In this document: one piece after another, positions 11,851 to 24,035 of the stretch | Layout of the letters: each line of letters begins with the position of its first letter | How positions within the stretch are numbered: the first letter of the stretch is position 1 | Assembly: GCA_038087875.1 (NCBI GenBank) | Contig: CM075989.1 | Coordinates: 3,038,001-3,102,000, forward strand | Length of the DNA: 64,000 bases | Reading direction: 5' to 3' | DNA from: Malacoraja senta | Taxonomy: Eukaryota | Notes under the pieces: generated by a model | The model's input: only the letters and a program-made list of their open reading frames with translations | Database searches by the model: none | Told to the model about the DNA's origin: nothing | Made by a program: the position numbers and the translations under genes

Positions 11851-12443
11851 TCTCTTCATCATGTGTAGGAAGGAACTGCAGATGCTGGTTTAAACTAAAG
11901 ATAGACACAAAATGCTGGAGTAACTCAGCAGGACAGGCAGCAGCATCTCTGGAGAGAATGAATGGGTGACGATTCGGGTCGAGGCCCTTCTCCATTGAGC
12001 CAGCTGTGCCTCAATGGTTCAAATTCTGCAGAGGAATCATTCAACCATATTCCCCTCAAGTGTTCATTGAAAAGGATGTAGATATAGAACAGCACAGAAG
12101 ATGGACACAAAATGCTGAAGTAACTCAGCGGGTCAGGCAGCATCTCTGGAGAGAAGGAATAGGTGATGTTTCAGGTCAAGACCCTTCTTCAGACTGCGAG
12201 TCAGCGGAGAGGGAAACTAAAGATATGAAAAGGTATATTGAGGACATAGGTCCAAGCTGAAGGGGAAAAGATTTAATAGGAATCCGAGGGGTAACCTTTT
12301 CACACATAGGGTTGTGGGTGTATGGAACAAGCTGCCAGATGACGTAGATGAGGTAGTTGAGGCTGAGACTATCCCATCGTTTAAGAAGCTGTTAGATAGG
12401 TACATGGATAGGGATATGGACCAAGCGCAGGCAAGTGAGATTA

Positions 12444-15400
12444 TCCTGGTGGGGAGATTTGCAAAGGCTAGTGGGGAGACTTTAAACTAGAACGGTTGGG
12501 GGGAGGGACTCAAATAGAGAAAGCTAGTAGACAGTGTGTGAGGCAGGAGGCAGAGAAGGGAAGCACTCAGACCCAACATGTAGGGGAGAAAGAAGAAAAA
12601 GATAATCAACAGAGAATAAGAGGTGGTGGGTTTCTTAAATGTGTGAGCAGAGAGACAGAGGGGTGTAAAATGAGGGTAGAAGCAATAGGTAGCAAGGTGA
12701 AAAGTAAAAGTGGCAGGCAGACAAATCCAGGGCAAAAATCAAAAAGGGCCACTTTTCAACATAATTGAATAAGGGGTAAGAGTGTTGTAAAAACAAGCCT
12801 GAAGGCTTTGTGTCTCAATGCAAGGAGCATTTGTAATAAGGTCGATGAGTTGAATGTGCAGATAGTTATTAATGAATATGATATAGTTGGGATCACGGAG
12901 ACATGGCTCCAGGGTGACCAAGGCCGGGAGCTGAACATCCAGGGATATTCAATATTCAAGAGGGATAGACAGAAAGGAAAAGGAGGTGGGGTAGCGTTGC
13001 TGGTTAGAGAGATTAACGCAATAGAAAGGAAGGACATTAGCTTGGAGGATGTGGAATCGATATGGGTAGAGCTGCGAAACACTAAGGGGCAGAAAACGCT
13101 AGTGGGAGTTGTGTACAGGCCACCTAACAGTAGTAGTGGAGTTGTGGATGGCATCAAACAGGAAATTAGAAATGCGTGCAACAAAGGTAAAACAGTTATA
13201 ATGGGTGACTTCAACCTACATATAGATTGGGTGAATCAAATTATCAGGGGTGCTGAGGAAGAGGATTTCTTGGAATGTATGCGAGATAGTTTTCTAAACC
13301 AACATGTAGATGAACCAACGAGAGAGCAGGCTATTCTAGACTGGGTATTGAGTAATGAGGAAGGGTTAGTTAGCAGTCTTGTTGTGCGTGGCCCCTTGGG
13401 CAGGAGTGACCATAATAAGGTTGAGTTCTTCATTAGGATGGAGAGTGACATAATTAATTCAAAAACAAGGGTTCTGAACTTAAAGAAAGGTAACTTTGAG
13501 GGTATGAGACGTGAATTGGCCAAGATAGACTGGCAATTGATTCTTAAAGGGTTGACGGTGGATATGCAATGGAAGGCATTTAAAGACTGCATGGATGAAC
13601 TACAACAATTGTTCATCCCAGTTTGGCAAAAGAATAAATCAGGGAAGGTAGTGCATCCATGGATAACAAGGGAAATCAGGGATAGTATCAAAACAAAAGA
13701 TGAAGCACACAAATTAGCCAGAAAAAGCAGCCTACCAGAGGACTGGGAGAAATTCAGAGTCCATCAGAGGAGGACAAAGGGCTTAATTAGGAAAGGGAAA
13801 ATAGATTATGAAAGAAAACTGGCAGGGAACATAAAAACTGACTGCAAAAGATTTTATAGATATGCGAAGAGAAAAAGATTAGTCAAAACAAATGTAGGTC
13901 CCTTGCAGTCAGAAACAGGTGAATTGTTCATAGGGAACAAGGACATGGCAGACCAATTGAATAACTACTTTGGTTCTGTCTTCACTAACGAAGACATAAA
14001 TAATCTGCCGGATATAGCAGGGGACCGGGGGTCAAAGGAGATGGAGGAACTGAGTGAAATCCAGTTTAGCCGGGAAGTGGTGTTAGGTAAATTGAATAGA
14101 TTAAAGGCTGATAAATCCCCAGGGTCAGATTGGCTGCATCCCAGAGTACTTAAGGAAGTAGCCCCAGAAATAGTGGATGCATTAGTGATAATTTTTCAAA
14201 ACTCTTTAGATTCTGGAGTAGTTCCTGAGGATTGGAGGGTAGCTAATGCAACCCCACTTTTTAAAAAGGGAGGGAGAGAGAAAACAGGGAATTACAGACC
14301 AGTTAGTCTAACATCGGTACTGTGGAAACTGCTAGAGTCAGTTATTAAAGATGGGATAGCAGCACATTTGGAAAGTGGTGAAATCATTTCACAAAGTCAG
14401 CATGGATGTATGAAAGGTAAATCATGTCTGACGAATCTTATAGAATTTTTCGAAGATGTAACTAGTAGAGTGGATAAGGGAGAACCAGTGGATGTAATAT
14501 ATCTGGACTTTCAGAAGGCTTTCGACAAGGTCCCACATAAGAGATTAGTATACAAACTTAAAGCTCACGGTATTGGGGGTTCAGTATTGATGTGGATAGA
14601 GAACTGGCTGGCAGACAGGAAGCAAAGAGTAGGAGTAAACGGGTCCTTTTCAGAATGGCAGGCAGTGACTAGTGGGGTACCGCAAGGCTCAGTGCTGGGA
14701 CCCCAGCTATTTACAATATATATTAATGATTTGGACGAGGGAATTGAATACAACATCTCCAAGTTTGCGGATGACACGAAGCTGGGGGGCAGTGTTAGCT
14801 GTGAGGAGGATGCTAGGAGGCTGCAAGGTGACTTGGATAGGTTGCGTGAGTGGGCAAATGCATGGCAGATGCAGTATAATGTGGATAAATGTGAGGTTAT
14901 CCACTTTGGTGGCAAAAACAGGAAAGTAGACTATTATCTGAATGGTGGCCGATTAGGAAAAGGGGAGATGCAACGAGGCCTGGGTGTCATGGTACACCAG
15001 TCATTGAAAGTAGGCATGCACGTGCAGCAGGCAGTGAAGAAAGCGAATGGTATGTTAGCATTCATAGCAAAAGGATTTGAGTATAGGAGCAGGGAGGTTC
15101 TTCTGCAGTTGTACAGGGTCTTGGTGAGACCACACCTGGAATATTGCATACAGTTTTGGTCTCCTAATCTGAGGAAAGACATTCTTGCCATAGAGGGAGT
15201 ACAGAGAAGGTTCACCAGACTGATTCCTGGGATGGCAGGACTTTCATATGAAGAAAGACTGGATAGACTCGGCTTGTTCTCGCTAGAATTTAGAAGATTG
15301 AGGGGGGATCTTATAGAAATTTACAAAATTCTTAAGGGGTTGGACAGGCTAGATGCAGGAAGATTGTTCCCGATGTTGGGGAAGTCCAGAACAAGGGATC

Positions 15401-15690
15401 ACAGTTTAAGGATAAGGGGGAATCGAGATGAGAAAAACATTTTTCACACAGAGAGTGGTGAATCTCTGGAATTCTCTGCCACAGAAGGTAGTTGAGGCCA
15501 GTTCATTGGCTATATTTAAGAGGGACTTAGATGTGGCCCTTGGGGCTAAAGGGATCAGGGGGTATGGAGAGAAGGCAGGTACGGGATACTGAGTTGGATG
15601 ATCAGCCATGATCATATTGAATGGCGGTGCAGGCTCGAAGGGCCGAATGGCCTACTCCTGCACCTATTTTCTATGTTTCTATGTTTCTAT
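12444..15690 (+). mobile_element. CR1-type LINE with nearly complete ORF2, nested in an older CR1 tail
   Basis: ORF2 followed by a 3' UTR and (TTCTATG)n tail; the host CR1 tail resumes at about 15691 (ATTA at both junctions). Confidence 0.92.
12808..15495 (+). CDS. CR1 ORF2: APE endonuclease plus reverse transcriptase
   Basis: Endonuclease motifs NARS, GITETW, YRPPN, MGDFN, LD and SDH; RT motifs NYRPVSLTS, DFQKAFDKV, GVPQGSVLGP and KFADD. In-frame stop upstream (12766-12768) and a frameshift near 15420. Confidence 0.92.
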   Translation: MCLNARSICNKVDELNVQIVINEYDIVGITETWLQGDQGRELNIQGYSIFKRDRQKGKGGGVALLVREINAIERKDISLEDVESIWVELRNTKGQKTLVGVVYRPPNSSSGVVDGIKQEIRNACNKGKTVIMGDFNLHIDWVNQIIRGAEEEDFLECMRDSFLNQHVDEPTREQAILDWVLSNEEGLVSSLVVRGPLGRSDHNKVEFFIRMESDIINSKTRVLNLKKGNFEGMRRELAKIDWQLILKGLTVDMQWKAFKDCMDELQQLFIPVWQKNKSGKVVHPWITREIRDSIKTKDEAHKLARKSSLPEDWEKFRVHQRRTKGLIRKGKIDYERKLAGNIKTDCKRFYRYAKRKRLVKTNVGPLQSETGELFIGNKDMADQLNNYFGSVFTNEDINNLPDIAGDRGSKEMEELSEIQFSREVVLGKLNRLKADKSPGSDWLHPRVLKEVAPEIVDALVIIFQNSLDSGVVPEDWRVANATPLFKKGGREKTGNYRPVSLTSVLWKLLESVIKDGIAAHLESGEIISQSQHGCMKGKSCLTNLIEFFEDVTSRVDKGEPVDVIYLDFQKAFDKVPHKRLVYKLKAHGIGGSVLMWIENWLADRKQRVGVNGSFSEWQAVTSGVPQGSVLGPQLFTIYINDLDEGIEYNISKFADDTKLGGSVSCEEDARRLQGDLDRLREWANAWQMQYNVDKCEVIHFGGKNRKVDYYLNGGRLGKGEMQRGLGVMVHQSLKVGMHVQQAVKKANGMLAFIAKGFEYRSREVLLQLYRVLVRPHLEYCIQFWSPNLRKDILAIEGVQRRFTRLIPGMAGLSYEERLDRLGLFSLEFRRLRGDLIEIYKILKGLDRLDAGRLFPMLGKSRTRDHSLRIRGNRDEKNIFHTESGESLEFSATEGS

Positions 15691-16974
15691 TAGTGTAGCT
15701 GGGACATTGTTGGCTGGTGTGGGCAAATTGGACCCAAGGGCCTGTTTCTACACTGTATCACTCTATGACTCTATACATAGAACAAATGAATGAATGATAT
15801 CCAAACGAACAAATCAAAGCCAGCAACGATGATCAAGTAAAGGTGGAGCCCACAATGGTCCATTGTTGGCTGTGGAGGAGGTGATAAAGAGTGGATACAA
15901 ACAGTAAAACTAAGCGGGACGACGGAAGGGTCTTGACCCAAAACGTCACCTATTCCTTTTCTCCAGAGATGCAGCTTGACCCGCTAAGTTACTCCAGCTG
16001 TTTGTGCAGATTACCAGATAATCTGTTTCGAAGATGTTGAATGTGGGATAATTATTTCATTGGACACCAGGGAACAATACTTTCTTTCAATAGTCAAGGG
16101 GGCCTGAATTAATGGTCTCTGCCTGGATTAGGGGGTATCTCCCTGGAATAGGGGCCATCCCCCTGGATTACAGGGTGTTAGCTACAAGGAAAGGTTGGAC
16201 AGACTTGAATTGTTTTCTCTGGAACATCGGAGGTTGAGGGGAGGACCTGATGGAAGTATATGAAATAATGAGGGGCATAGATAGAGTAGACAGTCAGAAC
16301 CTTTTCCCAGGATAGAAACATCAAATACTAGAAGGTATAGCTTTAAGGTGAGATGGTCAACATTTAAATGGGATGTGTAGGGCAGGTTTGGAAGATGTTG
16401 TTTGTAAGATAATTATTGCCAGGACACCAGGAGTGCCCTTTCTTTCAATGATGCAGGGTGGCACAATGGGGCTTTCTGTCTGGATTAGGAGGTATCTGCC
16501 TGGATTAGAGCGTATTAGGTACTGCTGGCTTGGAATTGTCCTTTTGCATACCCTTCATTCATTTGTTTCTTTGTACCCTTTCACACCTCTCGTTTCCCTC
16601 ACCCCTGACTCTCAGTGTGAAGGAAGGTCTCGACCCAAAACGTCACCTATTCCTTCACTCCAGAGATGCTGCCTGTCCCGCTGGGTTACTCCAGCTTTTT
16701 GTGTCTATCTTCGGTGTAAACCAGCATCTGCAGTTCCATCCTCCACATTGTATCTGCTGATTTATCTCATAGCTGTTCACTGTAAACAAATTAACCACTT
16801 TTTTCCTCCACCAAAACATATTTTATTCACTGTAGATTGCTTTAGAACTTGCTAAAGTGCTGTATCAATTCAATCTTTATTTCTGTCACACAATGACTTG
16901 AATTAACCCTTATATCACAGTAAGAAAGCTACTAACTTCGGAACTAGGAATGTATTGTTAAAATATGAACAGCA

Positions 16975-17284
16975 GGGTGGCACGGTGGTGTAGTGATAGA
17001 GCTATGACCTTGCAGCACCAGAGACCTGGGTTCGATCCTGACTGCGGGTGCTGTCTGTAGGGAGTTTGTACGTTTTCCCTGTGACCGCGTGACTTTTTTT
17101 CTGAGAGATCTGCGGTTTACTCCCACGCTGCAAAGACATACAGGTTTGTAGGTTAATTGGCTTGGTATGAATGTAACATTGACCCTGGTGTGTGTGGGAT
17201 AGCATTAATGTGGGGGGGTCACTGGTCGGAGGGCTGAACGGCCTGGTTCTGCACTGTATCTCTCAACTAAACTAAACTGAACTA
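16975..17284 (+). mobile_element. HE1/V-SINE-type SINE
   Basis: tRNA head with B-box GGTTCGATCC, V-domain and (CTAAA)n tail. Confidence 0.88.
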
Positions 17285-17297
17285 AAATTATCTCATG

Positions 17298-17518
17298 GAC
17301 ACAAAAAGCTGGAGCAACTCAGCGGGACGGGCAGCATCTCTGGAGAGAAGGAATGGGTGACGTTTCGGTTCGAGACCCTTCTTCTGTCTGAATAAGTGTC
17401 TCGACATAAAACATCACCCATTCCGTCTCGTCAGAGATGCTGCCTGTCCCACTGAGTTACTCCAGCTTGTTGTGTCTATCTTCGGTTTAAACCAGCATCT
17501 ACAGTTCCTTCCTACACT
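17298..17518. mobile_element. Inverted pair of Penelope-derived repeats
   Basis: A minus copy is followed directly by a plus copy, joined at the hammerhead ends; a second such pair lies at 17715-17885. Confidence 0.7.
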
Positions 17519-18406
17519 ATAACTTCATGTCATAGCTGCTTGCTGTTCACTGTAAACATGTTAGCCACTTCTTTTCCTGCAACAAAACATGTTTTATTCA
17601 CTGTAAATTGCTTTAGAACATCCTAAAGTGCTATATAAATTCAATATTCTTATTTCTGGCACACATTAACCCTTGCATCACAGTAACAAAGCTACTAACT
17701 TTGGACACATCATTCTGGAGTAACTCAGTGGGCCAGACAGCATCTCTGGAGAGAAAGAATAGGTGACTTTTTGGATCGAGACCGTGCTTCTGTCTAAAAA
17801 TGTGTCTCGACCCGAAACATCACCCAGTCCTTCTCTCCGGTGATGCTGCCTGTCCCGCTGAGTTACTCCAGCTTTTTGTGTCTATTTTCGTTTCATCCTG
17901 ATGGGCTCCACATCGAGTTATTGGCAGGCGTTTGATGCAGTGCGGTCTCTGACTGACCTGTCAATTGGATCCAGGAGTATAACAGAACATCTCAATCAGC
18001 CTGCAGACAAATGGAGTGCGGCTCCTGGAATCAAGTACCTTTCAGAGGCTTTCTACTGATACACTTCTTTTATTAAGAAAAACAAGCAAGGTGCAAGCAG
18101 CGAATGGAAGGATTTACTGCACAGACTGAGAAGCATCCATCAGTGCTGGCTCCTCAAATACTTATCTCATTCTATGCCAAATTATGATATAGTTTTAGCC
18201 CTGATAGTTACTTGTGGCAAAGCAATCCGTCTTCTGATAATTCTTCTGTGTAAAATCATTCCTTCTAAATGCTCTCATCATTCTTGCCGTGATAATCCTG
18301 CATCCATCTGCTCATTGCTGATTCACCAACCAAAGGAAACCATCTTTCACTATTTACTCTCCCAAGACTTTTATCGTATTTTGCAAGTCTCCATCTATCC
18401 ACCTTA

Positions 18407-18713
18407 AAGCCCTGTCCCGCAGTACGAGTTCATTCCAAGATCTCTCCCGAGTTTGCCCTGATGCGAACTCGGAGATTTACGGTAATGGCCACTCGTCGGT
18501 ACTCGGGGCTCTCGTGGACATTCCCGTGCTTCACGCGTCTTCCCGTGCTTACCTGCCGTTAGCGAGTCTTCCCGAGTACCTGCCGTTAGCGCTAAGAGAC
18601 GTCCCCGAGCTCCGACGTACCCGCTACGTTCATTCTCTGTGCTCACCACGAGTTTGATTTTTTTTTTACTCGAGAGAGCTCTTGGAATTAACTCGTACCG
18701 TGGGACAGGGCTT
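18407..18713. mobile_element. PIF/Harbinger-like MITE
   Basis: TIR AAGCCCTGTCCC...GGGACAGGGCTT extends imperfectly to about 35 bp; TTA flanks at 18404-18406 and 18714-18716. Confidence 0.8.
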
Positions 18714-18954
18714 TTAACGTCCTGCTGGCCACTGAAAGAAGCACCCATGTCTGTCCGCCTTCTTCCCTGGTGTTACTTGGTTCCACTTTCACCCAGTGTT
18801 GCGTATTTGGTGCTGGAAACGGACTTTAAATAATACTCGGACACGGGAGTAAACTAACGAGCTTCTTTTATTCTGGACGCCACAAAGAGTCTCTCCTACG
18901 CATGCGTCAATGGCGGAAGACCTTAAATATGTTAATCATATTTCATACACAACA

Positions 18955-18969
18955 CTCCTCCCCCTTTAA
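18955..18969 (-). promoter_or_regulatory. Polypurine tract of Gypsy element 1
   Basis: Minus strand TTAAAGGGGGAGGAG immediately before the 3' LTR. Confidence 0.8.
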
Positions 18970-21687
18970 CTTGGAGGCAGGTAACACAATTTCACCTTCA
19001 CGGTATATGCTCTTTACCTAAAATATAATTGATTAATACACTGTTCCAAAATTGTATTATTAAAGTTATCTTACAATACATCCTCATAACCGTAATAATC
19101 ATACCTAAACTTAACACTTATAATTTTACATTCCACCCACCTTCCTCAAACCAAATACATGACACCTTGCTTTATGTGATATCATTTATAAAGAACAAAA
19201 TCCTCAAATCTTTTGGGTGTTCTTCTTGTCCTATCTGGCCTGTGTCGGACTTTATCTGAGACATCAGGCTCTGGTTGTGATGATGTATTATCACTAGGGC
19301 TAGAGGTTCTCCACGCTCTGAAGTTCCTTCAGGATCTACACCAGCTGTTGAAGTAGGCAGAACTATCAGTGGCTCCTCGCTTGGTTGACCCCCTTCTCTT
19401 GGCTGGACATCGGCGTGCTCGTCACCGTTTGGCCAGTAGGCTCTTATTTGATCGACATGACGACGCACAAGTCTTCCCTCATTCAACTTTACGTTGAACA
19501 TGACTTCATTGATGACTTCTTCTCAAATCCCATAAAGCCAAGTAGGGCCTGAAGTGAAGTTCTTGACCATGACATGATCCTGCACTTCAAAGACTCGTTC
19601 CTTGCTTCCTCGATCTGCTGCCTGTTTCATTGAAGCTTGCTTCCTTCGGACAGCTTTGCTGAGATCGGGTCGCAGACTGTCAACTTTAGTGTGGATCTTT
19701 CGTCTGAACATCAGTTCAATGGGTGACTTTCCAGTCGTTTCTCGAGGTGTGACTCGGTACGTCAATAAGAACTTCTGGAGCGTTAGTTCCAGGTCTGATC
19801 CTTTTCCTTTCTTCACACCTGCTTTCACCATCTGTACACCTCTTTCGGCTAGTCCGTTGCTGGACGGGTGTTTGGATGATGTTTGAATGTAGCAGATGAT
19901 GCTGCTGCTGCTGAGGAACCTGGCAAATTCTTCGGACACAAACTGCGTACCATTGTCTGTCACCACCGTTTCCGGTAATCCATGAGATGCAAACAACCAT
20001 CTCAGGGCCCTCACTGTTCCTGCTGCTGTTGCGTGTCTCACCCGAATGGCTTCAATCCATTTACTGTGAGCATCAACCACAATCAGCAAGTTCTCATCGT
20101 TGAGGCTGGCATAGTCACAGTGAATCCTACTCCACGGTCTCTCAGGAAACTCCCATGGATGGATCTGGGCTGCAACAGGACTATGTTGACTCTGTTGCCA
20201 GCTTGGACAACTTCTCACTTGTTGTTCCAACTCTTTGTTGATTCCTGGCAACCAGACGTATGATCTTGCCAAGGCCTTCATTTTCACAATGCCAGGGTGC
20301 GTGCTATGAAGTTCTTCAAGGATTCTAGGCCTCATCTCCAGATTATCTGGTATGACCACTCGTGGTCCCCACAGGATTATGTCATCCTCAAATGACAGTT
20401 CTTCTTTCTTGCTGGCAGAGGGCTTTACTTCCTCTGGAAGATTCCTTGCACTTGGCCACCCTTCCACGATGTGGTTCCTCACCATGGGGAGAACTCTGTC
20501 CTTCTTGGTAGCTCTCTTCACTTCCTGTGCATCAACAGGGCGTGTGTCCAGATCGGTGAGCAAGTTGATGCTTGCGTCTGGTGCTTCATCGAGCACCGCG
20601 AGCTCAGGGTGATTCCATGAAGTCCTCTTCGTAGAACGGCAAACGCGACAACGCATCAGTATTCTGGTGTTTCTTGCCTTCCCGATGGACAATCTTATAA
20701 CTGTAGGCAGACAGGATCGTATGGTATCTTGCTACACGGGCAGAGGCCATTGGACTTTCAGGTTTGTGGTCTCCAAATAGTCCCATCAGAGGCTTGTGAT
20801 CAGTCACAATGGTGAAAGACCTCCCATGTAACTGCTTGTGGAACTTCTTCAGTCCGAAGATTATGGATAAGCCCTCCTTCTCATATTGTGCATAATTCAC
20901 TTCGTTGGGCTTGAGAGTGCGTGAGGCAAAAGCTATCGGACGTTCTTGTCCATCTGAATCCACATGGCTTATCACAGCACCTAAGCCATAGGGGCTTGCA
21001 TCAGTTTGGAGCAGGATTGTTTTGGCTGGTTTGTAATGCGTCTGCACACTATCACTCTGCAGAAGACGCTTGGATCTCTGGAATGCCTGCTCTTGTTCCT
21101 TTCCCCATTTGAACTTGGGGTCAGGCTTGCTGCTTCTCCTCCCACTCTTTGACTCAGCTGATCTGTACTCTTCCTTCAGCATTAGAGTCAACGGTGCAAT
21201 CTCCTGTGACAGGTCGGGTATAAACTTCCTGTAATACCCAAGTAAGCCGAGGTAGTTGGCTTTGGTTCACAGGCCGCTTGGCTTCCCGCACTGCATCAAC
21301 TTTGTCTTGAAGAGGACGAAGACCATTCTTGTTCAGTCGATGTCTGAGATATTCTACTGACTTTTGCATCAGTGCACACTTCTCCTTCTTCAGACGTAAC
21401 CCAGTGGTTTCTAGTCTTGACAGGACCGCTTCCAGGTTCCTGAGGTGCTCTTCATCAGTCCTTCCGCTGATGATGATATCATTAAGATACGGCTTGCACA
21501 TGGGAATATCCACTAGCAGGTTCTCCATTGTTCTCTGGGACATGGCTGGCGCGCTGGATATCCTAAAAGGTTATCTAGTATACTCGAAGAGCTCTTTGTG
21601 CATATTGATTGTGGTGTACTTCCGAGCATCTGGGTCTAACTCTATCTGATGATAGGCATGGGAGAGGTCTAGTTTAGAGAACTTCTC

Positions 21688-21860
21688 TCAATACAATACC
21701 GTTTATTGTCATTTGAACCTCAAATGATGTTTCTGCAGTCATACAACAAGAAAAAAAACTAAGACACACAATTAACACAATTTACACAAACATCCATCAC
21801 AGTGAATCTCCTCCTCACTGTGATGGAAGGCAAAGTCATTGTCTCTCCCCTGTTTTCCAT
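21688..21860 (-). mobile_element. Hairpin-family retroposon 3' fragment inserted in the Gypsy RT
   Basis: Interrupts ...LEEWEK|FSKLDLSHAY; 13-bp stem TCCATCACAGTGA/TCACTGTGATGGA; TGACAATAAA tail; CTTCTC at both junctions. Confidence 0.7.
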
Positions 21861-23475
21861 TCTTCTCCCATTCTTCTAGTTCCTGCAGGGTATCCTCCAA
21901 AGTTGGAAGTGGATACTGTTCCACTTTCAGCACCTTATTTGCGGTGAGCTTGTAATTGCCACAGACTCTCATGCTCCCATTTGGTTTCTTAACAGCTATG
22001 ATCAGGCATGCGAAATCTGCTTTCTTCACTGGCTTGATAATGCCATCCTGCAGCAAGTCATCTAATGTGGCATCTATCTGCTTCCTAGCAGCATATGACA
22101 CAGGAGCTGCTTTGCAAAATGTTGCCCCACTGTTTCCATCTTGTGGGTCCACTTTGGCTTGGTACCCCTTCAGTGCTCCATGGGTGCTGTTATCAAACAG
22201 CTTGGCGTGCTTGTTGAGTACTGAGCTCATGGCCTCTTGCAAATTGTGTACCCCACTCGGTGGGCTTAGGCTTGGACCCGGCGTTTGCTGGCTGGCCATA
22301 TTTGACAGCAGTACAGGGTACTTCCCCAACCAGTCTCTTCCCAATAGCCTTGCAGCTTTCTTTACCACCACTAGGGTCAGTGTTTCTGGCTTCTGGTGAG
22401 GATGGAACTGTACCTGTACCGCTGCTTGTCCGATAATGACCACCTTCTCCCCTGTGTAGGGTTTTAGCTTAAGGCTACAGGAATCCAGTCTGGGGTCCTG
22501 ACCGAGTTTTTTGAAGGCTTCCTCTGGTATTATAGTCCATGGACATCCAGTGTCCACTTCCAGTTGTACCTCCCTGCCGTTCACTATCACAGTGGCCGTA
22601 TACGGTTCAGAGTTCGACAACTTGTTAATTGATTCATCTTCCAACTGACTCATACGATCCTCTGATGAATCTGAATCAGTCTCCTCCAAGCGGTTTGCAT
22701 TTTTCCATAATCGTCTCCTCCTCTGCTGGTAAGCTCTAACAGCATCACGCTGGCTTTTGGTGAGACCCATTCCCGAGCACCTGAAGTACCTACTATCTCG
22801 GAATTTACACATCGCCGGCTCATGGCTGCCGCCATCTCCAGCAACTCTTGGAGTTGTGAATCTTGTCTCTGGATGCCCTTGGTGGACTCCATGTCTTCTT
22901 TTGTCCAAGCTCCTTGCCTCTGGATGCCCTTGGAGGACTCCTTGTCTCCTTTAGTCCAGGCTCCTTCCTTTGAATCTGATGGACGGGGTTAAAATCATCC
23001 TGGGACCTTCCAATCCTCCTGATCTGCCCTATGTCCTGTCTAGCAACCTCCATTGCCGTCGCAATATTGACTGCGTTCTCCAAGGTTAGTTTCGGTGTAC
23101 TGGATGTTAATCCAGCTGGATGTTAATATCTGCACATCCTACCACCAACCTATCCCTTAGCATATTCTACAGTTCCTTAAAATTACACCCCTCACTTAAC
23201 TGGCGAAGCTTTACTAGGAACTGAGGGATAGTTTCACTTGCTTGCGTGCAGGTATAAAACCAATATCTTTGCACGATTTCTGTTGGTGTAGGTGAGAAGT
23301 GAGCCATTAAAGCCTCCTTACATTCCTCGTACATTTTACTCGCGGGCTTTGCTGGCTGCAGCAACGCACGTAAGGTGTGATAAGCCTTGCTTCCTAAGCC
23401 TGTAAGGAATAATGCTCGTTTCTTCTCTTCTGCAGTGACATCATTTGAAGTGAACCAAGCCTCTAAGACTTCAGT

Positions 23476-23604
23476 GTTAAAGAACGAACTGCAGATGCTG
23501 GAAAATCGAAGGTACACAAAAATGCTGGAGAATCTCAGCGGGTGCAGCAGCATCTATGGAGCGAAGGAAATAGGCAACATTTCGGGCCGAAACCCTTCTT
23601 CAGA
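23476..23604 (-). mobile_element. ~130-bp hammerhead-bearing Penelope-derived unit with 13-bp TSD
   Basis: CTAAGACTTCAGT at 23463-23475 and 23605-23617; the insert splits Gypsy gag. Confidence 0.85.
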
Positions 23605-23827
23605 CTAAGACTTCAGTCCATTCCTCAAAATTACACCCAGAATCTAAAAGGCCTGTCTCACGAGTCTGCGGTCATTGGCGGTGATACAGGAAGTATCTAC
23701 CGCTCGTGGACCGCCAGAGACCGCGGGTTCGGTCAAACGCACACCGCCGGGGCCGTGCGGCGTTGGTCCCAACACCGCACGGTGCTCACAAAAAGTCAGC
23801 AATGTCTAAAAATAATTTCTTACCGCA

Positions 23828-24035
23828 CAGCCGCCGCCAGTGAGGCACGAGTGCGGCACGGTCACCGCCATAGCCGCCGCCAGTGCGGCACGAGCGCCGT
23901 GAGTCGAACTCTCACCGCCACAGCCTCCGTCAGTGAGGTACGTGTGCGGCACGGTCACCGCCACAGCCTCCGCCAGTGAGGTACGTGTGCGGCACGGGCG
24001 CCGCCACAGCGCCGCGATCAGCACTACCGCCACCA
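23828..24035. repeat. GC-rich ~43-bp tandem repeat in the Gypsy leader
   Basis: About four units like CAGCCTCCGCCAGTGAGGTACGTGTGCGGCACGGTCACCGCCA. Confidence 0.8.

Larger units (their letters stand above)
19172..23640 (-). pseudogene. Gypsy gag-pol, fragmented
   Basis: Gag (KKRALFLTGLG), protease VDTGC, RT with YLND in place of YLDD, RNase H TDASPYGLGAV, integrase HSTHPG, DNGTQF and NGLAE; several frameshifts and insertions. Confidence 0.9.
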
